From positions 3,328,001 through 3,392,000 of the forward strand of contig OY760937.1 of assembly GCA_963664225.1 (NCBI GenBank): a DNA stretch of 64,000 nucleotides. The letters run 5' to 3'. This stretch comes from Verrucomicrobiia bacterium (GTDB lineage Bacteria > Verrucomicrobiota > Verrucomicrobiia > Limisphaerales > UBA1319). Below the pieces are notes generated by a model, which was given only the letters and a program-made list of their open reading frames with translations, was not told where the DNA came from and did no database searches. Below, in pieces: positions 20,244 to 30,243 of the stretch; the stretch's first letter is position 1; the number at the start of each line of letters is the position of its first letter. Made by a program: the position numbers and the translations under genes.

Positions 20244-21280
20244 GAGGAGGCGTGCGCCGTGTGTTGGAGCTTATCCATTTCCGCATTGGCGCGCGCGATT
20301 TCCTGGTTAATGGAATGGTTGATGTTGTGTTTAACTGCATCGCCAGTGGCGCGAATGGCGTTCCTGATGGCCCGATCGTCGGCGGAACCGTGGGCGATCA
20401 TCACGCTCCCATTGAGTCCGAGCAATGGCGCCCCTCCCGCTTCTGCGGGATCCAGACGGTGTTTGATGGTCTTGAACGCGCCCCGGGCCATCCAGGCGCC
20501 CAGGCTGCGACCCGTAGTGCTGGTCAGTTCCTCCTTGAGCCACGCAAAGAGATTGGTGGCCAGGCTCTCGCACGTCTTGAGAACGACGTTCCCAACAAAA
20601 CCGTCGCACACGACCACGTCCACCCGGTTGGCGAACAGGTCGTGGCCCTCGACGTTCCCGATGAAATGAATGGGGCATTGTTTGCAGAGCTTGAAGGCTT
20701 CCAGAGTGAGTTCATTGCCCTTCACATCTTCAGTGCCCACGCTTAGAATGCCCACGCGCGGCTTGGCGTAACCCAGGATCTTTTGCGAATAGACGCTGCC
20801 CATGATGGCGTATTGGGCCAGGTGCCGGGGGCGGCATTCCACATTCGCGCCGGCATCCAGGAGAACAAATTGGTTTTTGGGCGCTGGAATGATCGCCGCA
20901 ATGGCTGGACGATCGACTTCGGTGAGCGGGCGCAGGCGGATGGTGGCTGCGGCTACCACGGCTCCGGTGTTTCCGGGGGAAACCATGGCCTCAGCCCGGC
21001 CTTCCTTCAATAAATCGACGGCGCGGAGGATTGAGCAATCCTTTTTACGGCGGAGTCCCTCCACGGGTTTGTCCTCCATGGTCAGCACCTCGGAGGCATG
21101 GACCACCGTCACGCGGGAATCCGTGTTACCGCATTTTTTGAGTGCTGCCTCGATTTCCGGCTGTCGGCCGACCAGGAACAGTTCCTGAATGTTGGCGTTG
21201 AGTTGGAGGGCCTGTAATGCGCCCTTGATGACGACCTCGCACCCGTGGTCGCCGCCCATGACATCAACAACAACTCGCAT
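20240..21280 (-). CDS. plsX: Phosphate acyltransferase
   Basis: DVMGGD, GNTGA, LLDAGAN, DGFVGN, GAPLLG, HGS. Confidence 0.96.
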   Translation of the reverse strand: MRVVVDVMGGDHGCEVVIKGALQALQLNANIQELFLVGRQPEIEAALKKCGNTDSRVTVVHASEVLTMEDKPVEGLRRKKDCSILRAVDLLKEGRAEAMVSPGNTGAVVAAATIRLRPLTEVDRPAIAAIIPAPKNQFVLLDAGANVECRPRHLAQYAIMGSVYSQKILGYAKPRVGILSVGTEDVKGNELTLEAFKLCKQCPIHFIGNVEGHDLFANRVDVVVCDGFVGNVVLKTCESLATNLFAWLKEELTSTTGRSLGAWMARGAFKTIKHRLDPAEAGGAPLLGLNGSVMIAHGSADDRAIRNAIRATGDAVKHNINHSINQEIARANAEMDKLQHTAHASS

Positions 21281-21287
21281 AAGGATG

Positions 21288-21320
21288 AAAAAAGCGCGGC
21301 CCTATAAAGACGCCGCGCTC
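21288..21320 (-). terminator. Intrinsic terminator after rpmF
   Basis: AGCGCGGC...GCCGCGCT stem followed by a T run on the minus strand. Confidence 0.65.
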
Positions 21321-21331
21321 TCAAACATCAA

Positions 21332-21520
21332 TTAAGCTGTGGCTTTAACGTTGATTACCTGGCGGTCTTTGTAAAAGCCGCAGGCTGGGCATACCCGATG
21401 TGGTACGTAAGGAGCCGCGCATTGCGGGCAAACGCCCAACTGGGGCAATTTTAATACACTGTTATACGCCCGGCGCATGCGCTGGCGACTTTTCGACGGT
21501 TTGCGTTTGGGAACGCCCAT
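21332..21520 (-). CDS. rpmF: 50S ribosomal protein L32
   Basis: MGVPKRKPSKSR, CPQC...HRVCPACGFY. Confidence 0.96.
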   Translation of the reverse strand: MGVPKRKPSKSRQRMRRAYNSVLKLPQLGVCPQCAAPYVPHRVCPACGFYKDRQVINVKATA

Positions 21521-21535
21521 AAATTATCCTTCTGA

Positions 21536-22024
21536 CTACAATTTCAGTTTATTTAATACGGCCCAAGCGGAGGAATCCACATCATTTCCAGCCATATTGG
21601 GGCCTTTCGACCCGGTAACGGCTTTGGATGGACCCAGTCCCGGGCACCCGGCCTCACACAACGGATGTTGTGGAATCGCGAGCAAAATATCTTCCCGGAT
21701 ATAGGGCGTCAAGTCAATCAGATCGTTCTTTATCGCTGGAGCGTCCTCTCCGACCATCGGCAGATGGCAGGCCCAATCGGGAATATCGATGATTTCCTCG
21801 ATCTCTTTGAGGCATCGCACGCACTCGCATTTCAGCTTCAACGAAATATGACCGCGGGCGAGCCACGCGTTGGTAAGCTGTTCGACCTCAATTTCATAGC
21901 TGACCGGAGAATTCGCATGAACACACTCGTCCGGCGAGCCCCAGTCCAACTCTTCAAGCGGGATCACGCCGCGCAGCTCCACGCTCTTCTGCTCCAGTTT
22001 GCGGACGTTAAAAATGGCAGACAT
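21536..22024 (-). CDS. yceD: YceD/DUF177 family protein
   Basis: CVRCL, DLTPYIREDILLAIP..PLC..CPGL, WAVLNKL; upstream of rpmF. Confidence 0.88.
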   Translation of the reverse strand: MSAIFNVRKLEQKSVELRGVIPLEELDWGSPDECVHANSPVSYEIEVEQLTNAWLARGHISLKLKCECVRCLKEIEEIIDIPDWACHLPMVGEDAPAIKNDLIDLTPYIREDILLAIPQHPLCEAGCPGLGPSKAVTGSKGPNMAGNDVDSSAWAVLNKLKL

Positions 22025-22049
22025 AATATTTTCCTTTCCCAATTAAAAC

Positions 22050-22538
22050 TTAAAGCGCCTGTTTGGCAAGTTTGGCTGCCAGCGCCCGTTCCACATTGGC
22101 CGGCACAAAGGGGCTTACATCCCCGCCCAACCGCGCGATCTCCTTGATGATTCGCGAGCTCAGGAACACGAAAGTTTCCTTGGGCATCATGAAAATCGTC
22201 TCCACCCGTTCATTGAGCTTTCGATTCATCAGGGCCAGTTGAAATTCGAACTCAAAGTCCGACACCGCCCTCAAACCCCGCAGCACCGCGTCCCCATTAT
22301 GCGCGACCACATAGTTCACCAGCAGTCCCGTCAGGACATCCGTCTCCACATTAGGCAGATGCGCCACAGCAGGGATCACCAACTGCTTGCGCTCTTCACA
22401 ATTGAACAAGGGCGACTTGGTGTCGTTATTGGCCACCGCCACGATGACGCGGTCAAACAATTTGGCCGCCCGATAGATCAGGTCCAGATGGCCATTGGTC
22501 ACCGGATCGAAGCTGCCCGGATAAATTACCGTTCGCAT
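22050..22538 (-). CDS. coaD: Phosphopantetheine adenylyltransferase
   Basis: YPGSFDPVTNGH, RGLRAVSDFEFE, SSR. Confidence 0.96.
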   Translation of the reverse strand: MRTVIYPGSFDPVTNGHLDLIYRAAKLFDRVIVAVANNDTKSPLFNCEERKQLVIPAVAHLPNVETDVLTGLLVNYVVAHNGDAVLRGLRAVSDFEFEFQLALMNRKLNERVETIFMMPKETFVFLSSRIIKEIARLGGDVSPFVPANVERALAAKLAKQAL

Positions 22539-22657
22539 TGTTCCATAGCCTGCTATGAGACTGGAAATTAGCAAGCAGAACCATGAAGGCGGTTGCACCC
22601 TTTTAATTTCGAGTGGACACTTGCGAGGCGGCTGCTACCATGCGGTCCCAGAATTAG

Positions 22658-23002
<345 letters not shown>

Positions 23003-23085
23003 TTCATTCAGAGAGCAGGCCGCCGCAAGCCGCCCTTCAACCGGGAGCTGCGGGGCATCCTTTTTTAACCAACAACAACAAACCA

Positions 23086-24498
23086 ATGAGCACAGTAAAA
23101 AGTGTACTTGAAATGGCCCGCAAAAACGAGGCCAGAATGGTGGACCTCAAGTTTGTGGACACCTTCGGAGTCTGGCAGCACTTCACGATGCCTATGGACG
23201 AACTGACCCCCGAGGCGTTCGCTGAAGGCCTCGGATTTGACGGATCGTCGATTCGCGGATGGAAATCCATCGAAGCCTCGGACATGCTGGCCATGCCCGA
23301 TGTGGAGACCGCCTTCATGGATCCCTTCTGCGCGGTTCCTACCCTCTCCCTGACCTGTACCATCGCCGAGACCGGCACCCTGGAGCCTTACTCCCGGGAT
23401 CCCCGCGGCATGGCCCAGAAGGCCGAGAAGTATCTCATCAGCACGGGCCTGGCCGACACGGCCTACTTCGGGCCTGAAGCCGAGTTCTTCATCTTCGACA
23501 ACGTCCAGTACGATTCAAAGACCAACGGCACCTTCTACAGCGTGGATTCGGGCGAAGGCATCTGGAATTCGGGCCGCGATGAAATGCCCAACCAGGGCTA
23601 CAAGATCCGCTACAAAGAGGGTTACTTCCCCGTCGGGCCTGCCGATACACAGCAGGACATCCGCACCGAGATGTGCATGCTCATGGAGCAATTGGGCGTC
23701 AAGATCGAGCGTCATCACCACGAAGTGGCCACCGCGGGCCAGGCGGAGATCGACATGCGGTTTAACACCCTGGTCAAGACCGCCGACAACTTGATGGTCT
23801 ATAAATATGTCGTTCGCAACGTCGCTGCCAAGCACGGCAAGACGGCCACGTTCATGCCCAAGCCCCTGTTTGGCGATAACGGCTCGGGAATGCACGTCCA
23901 CATGTCCCTCTGGAAAAAGGGCAAGCCCCTGTTCACCGGCAGCGAGTATGCCGGCCTGAGCCAGATGGCCATCCACTACATCGGCGGCATCCTCAAGCAT
24001 GCGCGCGCCCTGTGCGCCATCTGCAGCCCCACCACCAACAGCTACAAGCGTTTGGTCCCAGGCTACGAGGCCCCCGTGAACCTGGCTTACAGCTCCCGCA
24101 ATCGTAGCGCCGCGGTTCGCATCCCGACCTACAGCGAGAATCCCAAGGCCAAGCGCATCGAATACCGCCCGCCGGATCCCTCCGCCAACATTTATCTGGC
24201 CAATGCCGCGCTGTTGCTGGCCGGTCTGGATGGCGTCCTTAACAAAATTGATCCGGGCGAACCCCTGGACAAGAACATCTACGAGCTGCCCCCCGAGGAA
24301 CTCAAGAAGGTCCCCAACGTTCCCGGCAGCCTGGGTGAAGCCCTCGAATGTCTGGAGAAGGATCACGAATTCCTGCTCAAGGGCGACGTGTTCTCGAAGG
24401 ACTTCCTGGAAATGTGGACCGCCACCAAGCGCAAAGAGCATGATGCCATGCGCCTGCGTCCGCATCCCTACGAATTCTTCATGTATTACGATGCTTAA
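23086..24498 (+). CDS. glnA: Glutamine synthetase type I
   Basis: [39 protein letters not shown]. Confidence 0.97.
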   Translation: MSTVKSVLEMARKNEARMVDLKFVDTFGVWQHFTMPMDELTPEAFAEGLGFDGSSIRGWKSIEASDMLAMPDVETAFMDPFCAVPTLSLTCTIAETGTLEPYSRDPRGMAQKAEKYLISTGLADTAYFGPEAEFFIFDNVQYDSKTNGTFYSVDSGEGIWNSGRDEMPNQGYKIRYKEGYFPVGPADTQQDIRTEMCMLMEQLGVKIERHHHEVATAGQAEIDMRFNTLVKTADNLMVYKYVVRNVAAKHGKTATFMPKPLFGDNGSGMHVHMSLWKKGKPLFTGSEYAGLSQMAIHYIGGILKHARALCAICSPTTNSYKRLVPGYEAPVNLAYSSRNRSAAVRIPTYSENPKAKRIEYRPPDPSANIYLANAALLLAGLDGVLNKIDPGEPLDKNIYELPPEELKKVPNVPGSLGEALECLEKDHEFLLKGDVFSKDFLEMWTATKRKEHDAMRLRPHPYEFFMYYDA

Positions 24499-24519
24499 AT
24501 CGTAAGAACTGAGCGAGTG

Positions 24520-24537
24520 GGCCGGTCTTGACCGGCT
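24520..24537. repeat. Left copy of 18-bp target-site duplication
   Basis: GGCCGGTCTTGACCGGCT, identical at 26276-26293. Confidence 0.9.
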
Positions 24538-24616
24538 CTGGAGTTTGGCCCCGGACTAGACAAACCGCTGGTGGGATTATTATTTTGTTGCGCGTGGTCT
24601 AGTTATGTGACTAGAT

Positions 24617-24850
24617 ATGGCCACTATGGGTTATCCAACTAAAGTCCAGCTCATCCAACGCAAGCAAAGCCAGCAATGGTACATCAACTTCCCCTCCGCC
24701 ATCGCCCAGGCCATGGATTTCGACAAGGGAGAGGATGTCCGGTGGACCATTGCCGACAAAGGTCACCTCATTCTCTCGCGCGACCAGGTCCCCCCCAACC
24801 CGGTCGCTTTAAAAAAAACGCCTCCCTCCTCGACCAAATCGAGGAGCTGA
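24617..24850 (+). CDS. IS OrfA, AbrB/SpoVT/MazE-like DNA-binding protein
   Basis: TKVQLIQ...WYINFPSAIAQAMDFDKGEDVRWTI...LILSR fits the swapped-hairpin AbrB pattern. Confidence 0.7.
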   Translation: MATMGYPTKVQLIQRKQSQQWYINFPSAIAQAMDFDKGEDVRWTIADKGHLILSRDQVPPNPVALKKTPPSSTKSRS

Positions 24851-26253
24851 TCGATCTATGTGCTCCCGGCTTCTCTTCCCCGCAGGCCTGGGCTCGGGGC
24901 CGCCGCCATCTGCTTTCCCAGTTGGTGTGCTTCGGCCGCCACACCATTACAGGGCTCTTGCGCAATCAAAACCGCACCCAACAGGATTGGACGGCCGATT
25001 ACCGCTTCTATTCCGAGGATCATTTCGACGAGGACTGGGTTTTCGACCGGATCCGCGCCCAAATCGAGCAGGACTTCCCGTCCAAGGATCCTCTGGTCGT
25101 GGCCATGGACGACTCGCTCTTGCGCAAAACCGGTCCGCGCATCTTTGGCTCCCGTTTTCAGCGTGATCCCTTGAGCCCCCCATTCCAGGTCAACTTTGTC
25201 CGGGGTCTGCGGGTCCTGCAGATTTCTGCGGCCGTGCCGCTGGGCTCACAAGGGGCGGCACGGATGATTCCGGTGGACTTCCAGCATGCGGCCCTGCCCG
25301 CCAAGCCGCGCAAGGATGCCGCGCCAGAGCGCTGGGCCGCCTACCGGGAGCAACGGGCCAAAATGAATATCAATGTGGCGGGCCGCAATCGCCTGACCCA
25401 CATGCGCCGGCAAATGGATCAAAGCGGTTCGAGCCAGCGGCCGCTGATTGCCACCCTCGATGGCCGCTTCACCAATGGCACCGTTCTGGGGCAGATTCCG
25501 GAGCGGACCACCCTCATTGGCCGCGTGCGCAAGGACTCGGCCTTTTACTTTCCCCCGACAGGGCAGGCCGCGCACGGCCGCAAACGCAAGTATGGGGCCC
25601 ACTGCCCCACGCCGGAACAACTGCTCAAGGACCCGGCCCAACCCTGGCAAACCGTGGAGGCCTTTGCGGCAGGCAAACGCTACCAGTTCCGGGTCAAAAC
25701 CCTGGCGCCCGTCTACTCGCAGATGGACAAGGCCGGCCACTCCCTGCGTCTGGTCGTCATCGAGCCGGTGGCTTACCGCCGTACCAGGTCCAGCAAGCTG
25801 GAACGGCGCGAACCGGCTTTTCTCATCTGCACTGATCTGAATCTGCCCCTGGAAAAGGTGGTGCAGTTTTATCTCTGGCGATGGGATATCGAAGTCAACT
25901 TCCGGGATGAGAAAACTCTTCTGGGGGTCGGACAGGCCCAGGTTCGGTCCGAGGCTTCCAATCAGAATGCCCCGGCGCTGGCCGTGGCAGCCTACGCGCT
26001 ACTGCTCCTGGGCGCCGTCAAAACCTACGGTGCCGACGGCCAGCCGGAGACCTTCAAACGCCCGTGCTGGTACAAACGTAAGCCCGGCCAGAGAGCCACA
26101 ACCAACGAATTAATCACGCAATTGCGTTATGAACTTTGGGCTACAGCCCTAACCACCCATTTTCTGCCGCTCTCATCAAATACCATTCCCACCCAGAACG
26201 GCAGAAAATGCGATCCACCACTAGAAGCCGCCATCTTTCTAAGTCTTAACTGA
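24808..26253 (+). CDS. IS OrfB, DDE transposase (probably expressed as an OrfA-OrfB -1 frameshift fusion)
   Basis: DDSLLRKTG, LDGRF, YLWRWDIEVNFRDEK (Y2R3E6K signature). The frame is -1 relative to OrfA, and no ATG lies between the A8 run and the catalytic Asp region. Confidence 0.85.
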   Translation, partial: FKKNASLLDQIEELIDLCAPGFSSPQAWARGRRHLLSQLVCFGRHTITGLLRNQNRTQQDWTADYRFYSEDHFDEDWVFDRIRAQIEQDFPSKDPLVVAMDDSLLRKTGPRIFGSRFQRDPLSPPFQVNFVRGLRVLQISAAVPLGSQGAARMIPVDFQHAALPAKPRKDAAPERWAAYREQRAKMNINVAGRNRLTHMRRQMDQSGSSQRPLIATLDGRFTNGTVLGQIPERTTLIGRVRKDSAFYFPPTGQAAHGRKRKYGAHCPTPEQLLKDPAQPWQTVEAFAAGKRYQFRVKTLAPVYSQMDKAGHSLRLVVIEPVAYRRTRSSKLERREPAFLICTDLNLPLEKVVQFYLWRWDIEVNFRDEKTLLGVGQAQVRSEASNQNAPALAVAAYALLLLGAVKTYGADGQPETFKRPCWYKRKPGQRATTNELITQLRYELWATALTTHFLPLSSNTIPTQNGRKCDPPLEAAIFLSLN

Positions 26254-26275
26254 TCGTAAGGGGGCCAAACTCCAG

Positions 26276-26293
26276 GGCCGGTCTTGACCGGCT
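26276..26293. repeat. Right copy of 18-bp target-site duplication
   Basis: GGCCGGTCTTGACCGGCT. Confidence 0.9.
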
Positions 26294-26309
26294 CAGTCAA
26301 TGACTCTTC

Positions 26310-26350
26310 AAAACCGGCGCGGACACTGAAAAGTTCGCGCCGGTTTTTTT
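26310..26350 (+). terminator. Intrinsic terminator (original glnA terminator, displaced by the IS)
   Basis: AAAACCGGCGCGGAC...GTTCGCGCCGGTTTTTTT. Confidence 0.8.
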
Positions 26351-26492
26351 ATGTCGGTATTAAACGCCATAAGAGACGTCATTGCTTGGCTTGGCCAACG
26401 GCCTGGGTTTCCGCACCATAAATCATTATTTATTCTGTCGCTTGATGAAGGTGCACTTTCGGGCGTTCCCTGCGGTGTCCCAACGAAGAGGT

Positions 26493-28079
26493 TTATTTTG
26501 AGGATTTGGTAGCTCCATAACCGTAATAGCCGCCATTGTAAATGACCACATACATGTCGTAGTCTGGGTCTGAAAGATTATCACCATCGCGAATGGGGAT
26601 TCCCTCGGGATTGAAACTCCCCTTTTCAACAATTGCCCATGTTTTGGCTCTCTCACTGTTCGGTGAATTTGGTTGCGGGGGAGTTACCCAGCCGGGTTTC
26701 GCGATTTGGTAATTTTCCAAAAATGAATCCATGGGTTCTTTGAGATACGGCATCAACTGGGAAAGATTAGACGGAAGCTGTTCATTGTTTGATTTGGCGA
26801 ATTGCACCAATCCTTCATTGACCGCATTGGCAAACCTACTCTTTGCGGTCCACCTCAAATGTCCCATCGCCTCGCGGCAAGCTGCGTCGCTGTCAAGGTC
26901 CCGTTTAGCAGCTTCATTTAACCAATCCTGTTCGTTTAGCAACTGCAGCTCAGGAGTTTTCTTGCCGGGCCACTGGTCAAAACGTGCCTTGAGGAGCTTT
27001 GCCCGATTGAGCCACGCTTGCGCCAGAATCGCGGTTGGGTCATTTGTATCTCCTGTTATTCCTTGCGCCAGTTGTCTTGATTCCTTGTGCAACCTTCCCA
27101 CTTCAGAGCGCAACCTTAACAATTCGGTTGTATTACGGTCCAACCGTTCGTTTTCCTCCCGAATCGCCGCGAGTTGAAGAGCGGTCTCGTCTTGTGCTCT
27201 TTGAAATTGTTGGATTTGTTCGTTCAGCGGCTTTTGCTGTTGCCGTAGTCCCTGAATCTGGTCGCGTAGTTGCAAGGCTTGGCGGGCCTCATAGATTCCC
27301 CCTCCGAGAAGAACTGCGACGGTGGCGGCGACGATGGTTTTCTGAAGTGTGGTCATGGCAATGGCTTTAGTGGTGGCAATGGCTTTAGTGGTGGCAATGA
27401 CTTTAGTGGTGGCAATGACTGTTGTCGTGGTGATGGCGGTTGCAGAAAGAGTTGCGGTGGTAATGGCAGCGGCAAGACCTGCAGGTGCGGCCAGCACTGA
27501 ATTGCCGGTGACTGCTCCTGCAATCGCCGATGCAGACAGCGTTACTCCGCGCTTGGTGAAAAACAGCCTTAGTTTTTCCACCCCGCGATTCACCCGCATA
27601 CGCGCCGTGTCGTCATCCGTCCCCAGCGCCGCCCCGACTTGTTTGAAATCCTTGCCCTGAAAGAATCGGAGCACGACCGCGTCATGCTCCTTTTCCCCCA
27701 GGCAATTAAGTGCCTCATCCAGCATCGGCTCGATTTGTCTCCAGGCTTCGGAATCCGATTCGTTCAAAATGGATAGCATGTGTGCCTCCTGTTCGCGGAA
27801 TTGCCGACGATGTTGAATTTTCAGTGCGTCGGCGGACGCATATCGTGCCGTGCGGCAGAGCCATCCGGGTAGAATGGTCATCGGACCAAGCGATTTTGCT
27901 TTGCGTGCCAGGATGATGAAGACGCCTTGGGTGATTTCCTCAGCCAGATGGGGGTCGCGAACTTGGCGCAGGGCGACCGAATAAACCAGATTAACATGGC
28001 GCGATACCAGCGTGGCAAACGCCTGCTCGGAATTGCTTTGGGCATATTCCCGCACCAACGTCATATCATCGCTCGTCAT
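26493..28079 (-). CDS. ECF sigma factor with TM helix and long C-terminal extension (paralog 2)
   Basis: Highly similar N-terminal half to 17111..18748; TM helix; related C-terminal domain. Confidence 0.88.
   Translation of the reverse strand: MTSDDMTLVREYAQSNSEQAFATLVSRHVNLVYSVALRQVRDPHLAEEITQGVFIILARKAKSLGPMTILPGWLCRTARYASADALKIQHRRQFREQEAHMLSILNESDSEAWRQIEPMLDEALNCLGEKEHDAVVLRFFQGKDFKQVGAALGTDDDTARMRVNRGVEKLRLFFTKRGVTLSASAIAGAVTGNSVLAAPAGLAAAITTATLSATAITTTTVIATTKVIATTKAIATTKAIAMTTLQKTIVAATVAVLLGGGIYEARQALQLRDQIQGLRQQQKPLNEQIQQFQRAQDETALQLAAIREENERLDRNTTELLRLRSEVGRLHKESRQLAQGITGDTNDPTAILAQAWLNRAKLLKARFDQWPGKKTPELQLLNEQDWLNEAAKRDLDSDAACREAMGHLRWTAKSRFANAVNEGLVQFAKSNNEQLPSNLSQLMPYLKEPMDSFLENYQIAKPGWVTPPQPNSPNSERAKTWAIVEKGSFNPEGIPIRDGDNLSDPDYDMYVVIYNGGYYGYGATKSSK
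27356..27420. repeat. In-frame 18-bp tandem repeat (~3.6 copies)
   Basis: TGGCAATGRCTTTAGTGG units encoding (I)ATTK(V/A). Confidence 0.85.
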
Positions 28080-28116
28080 GTCATTGATATATGGACGCCA
28101 ACGTGAAAACCGAACA
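28080..28116 (-). promoter_or_regulatory. Conserved upstream motif shared with ECF paralog 1
   Basis: TGTTCGGTTTTCACGTT...CATATA.CAATGAC-ATG. Confidence 0.55.
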
Positions 28117-28299
28117 GATTATTTGGTAGTTTTTTGGACGGCGGCTTCGAGAATTCAGTCCTTGATGTGTCGATTGGGTTTACCCACTTTCTGTATTGGC
28201 ATGCTGTCGCCTCACGTCTTCAAAAACCGAACCATTCATTTAAACAATGCGAACCTGATTAAGGTCTGACATCTTTCACGACTTGCGCTACTATATCGC

Positions 28300-28929
28300 A
28301 TGAAAGAATTAAACCACCTTTTCACCAACAACCGCGCCTGGGCCGGCCAGATTCGCGCCAGAGATCCTGAGTTTTTCCTGAAACTCTCCCGCCAGCAGAG
28401 TCCTCAATACCTCTGGATCGGTTGTTCGGACAGCCGGGTTCCCGCGAATGAGATTGTCGGCTTGCTGCCCGGCGAATTGTTCGTTCACCGCAATATCGCC
28501 AATGTCGTGCGTGCGGCCGATCTTAACTGCATGTCTGTTCTGCAATTTGCCGTGGATGTACTGAAAGTGCGGCACGTCATTGTCTGTGGCCACTACGGAT
28601 GTGCGGGGGTGCGGGCCGTGTTGCGCGGGGACAGGCTCGGTTTGGTGGACCAATGGCTCCAGAGCGTTCAGGAAGTGCGCCAGAAATACGAAACGCAGTT
28701 GGCCACGGTGGTTGACGAGACGCAGCAGTTTGACCGGCTTTGCGAACTGAACGTCGCCGAACAAGTCGCCAGTGTGTGCGCGGCCAATAGCGTCCAGAGC
28801 GCCTGGGCGCGGGGCCAATCGCTCGCGGTGCATGGCTGGATTTATGCCGTGACAGACGGCTTGCTGCGTGACATGGACCTCTGCGTCACCGGCCCGAATG
28901 GATCGGTTCCCCTGGGAAAACCCGTCTGA
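28300..28929 (+). CDS. can: Beta-class carbonic anhydrase
   Basis: WIGCSDSRVP, FVHRNIAN, CGHYGC, ELNV. Confidence 0.94.
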   Translation: MKELNHLFTNNRAWAGQIRARDPEFFLKLSRQQSPQYLWIGCSDSRVPANEIVGLLPGELFVHRNIANVVRAADLNCMSVLQFAVDVLKVRHVIVCGHYGCAGVRAVLRGDRLGLVDQWLQSVQEVRQKYETQLATVVDETQQFDRLCELNVAEQVASVCAANSVQSAWARGQSLAVHGWIYAVTDGLLRDMDLCVTGPNGSVPLGKPV

Positions 28930-28980
28930 AGGTCATTACCCGGGAATTCAACGGCCAACTCTGTGACCGCACCCCGCACC

Positions 28981-30243
28981 TTACGGTTTAGTGACGAGCG
29001 CCACGCCGTCCAATTCGAATAGCAGGTCGTCGCGACAGACATCGGCCACGACACAGATGCCCGGGAAAGGGTCGAGACCGCGCCGGGCGGCAATTTCGCG
29101 CCAGATGGTAAGATCCTCTGCGCGCTTGAGAAAAACCGTGGCGCTGGCGATATCGGTCAGCTTGGCGTGACCCTGGGCGATGAGCGTTTCGATATTATCG
29201 AGTGTGCGTTCGATCTGGGCCCGCGTATCGCCGGGGTAAAGGCTCGCGCCGGTTTCATCGATGGCCGCCGTGCCGGAAATCTGGATTTGTGCGAAGTCGC
29301 CCTCGGTCAGAATGACCCCACGTGAGAAGGCCGCTCCATAACGAAAAGCATCTTTCTGGCGCAGATTGGTCAGGCGCAACACATGCGGCCGCTTTTCAGG
29401 TTCGCCCGCCACGGCCAGCACATCCATCAGGCACGCGGCATTGAGCGGATTGGAGCCTTTGATACCTGTGCTGGCAGGCAGTTGGAAGGCCACCGGACGC
29501 GTATCCTTCGCGGAGGGCATGAGGCCCAAGCCCGTATAGGCGCCGTTACGCGCGAGATTGAAGGCGTCATACCACTTGAGAATGTCCGCCAGATAAATCC
29601 AGGTCCGCGCCACCTGCCCGTAATTGGTTCCCTGGGACTGCAGAAGGCGCTGCGCGCGGTCGATCATTGCAACGGTTTGCTCCTCGCGGGTGCCAGCCAC
29701 GTGCGAATTCATCCCGTTAATTCCCTGCAGCAGGAAATAGGTGGCTCCACGCCGTGTCCAGCCTCGTCCGCAAACCTGCCCATCGTCCAGAATGTCCCAG
29801 ACCCGTCCGTCCTTTTGCGACGGCTGGAATAATTGCATCTGAATTCCGGCGAATCCCTCGCCCCAGACAGGATGGCCCTGAACAAATGTCAGAGGGGAGG
29901 TTCCGTGAACCATGCTCAATCCTGCGCTTTGACGCCCTTTGAGGATGGCCTCGCGGTGACTGAGGCTGGCGAAAATGCGTTCATGGAGACAATGCCAGTT
30001 CTCGCCGGTCAACAACTCCCGGATTTTGGCATAGGCGGCAGCGGCGGCGGCTTCTGAATTCGCACCCGCACGCACGCAAACGGTGATCCATCGCTGATCG
30101 GGCGTCGGCGTGGCGATCGTCAATTGAAACTCATCCTGCTCGACTACAGTAAGGCAATTCATGTCATTAATAGCAATGGGAGCTTGGGCATCCGAATGAC
30201 CGGCCCGGTTTGGGGCCGTCTTTTCGGGATCAACAGGCGTCAT
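28981..30243 (-). CDS. Rid/YjgF-fold protein, FkbO/Hyg5 chorismatase-like
   Basis: ARTWIYL, PASTGI, FSRG, ISGTAAID, ADVCRDDLLFELDG. Start codon uncertain. Confidence 0.7.
   Translation of the reverse strand: MTPVDPEKTAPNRAGHSDAQAPIAINDMNCLTVVEQDEFQLTIATPTPDQRWITVCVRAGANSEAAAAAAYAKIRELLTGENWHCLHERIFASLSHREAILKGRQSAGLSMVHGTSPLTFVQGHPVWGEGFAGIQMQLFQPSQKDGRVWDILDDGQVCGRGWTRRGATYFLLQGINGMNSHVAGTREEQTVAMIDRAQRLLQSQGTNYGQVARTWIYLADILKWYDAFNLARNGAYTGLGLMPSAKDTRPVAFQLPASTGIKGSNPLNAACLMDVLAVAGEPEKRPHVLRLTNLRQKDAFRYGAAFSRGVILTEGDFAQIQISGTAAIDETGASLYPGDTRAQIERTLDNIETLIAQGHAKLTDIASATVFLKRAEDLTIWREIAARRGLDPFPGICVVADVCRDDLLFELDGVALVTKP

Larger units (their letters stand above)
24538..26275 (+). mobile_element. 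Insertion sequence (IS4/IS701-like DDE), 1738 bp
   Basis: Perfect 15-bp TIRs CTGGAGTTTGGCCCC (24538-24552) and GGGGCCAAACTCCAG (26261-26275); flanking 18-bp direct repeat; transposase inside. Confidence 0.93.

Noticed and set aside
24676..24807. ORF-track start for the 525-aa transposase
   Set aside because: It overlaps OrfA out of frame and gives a low-plausibility N-terminus; frameshift fusion is the better explanation.
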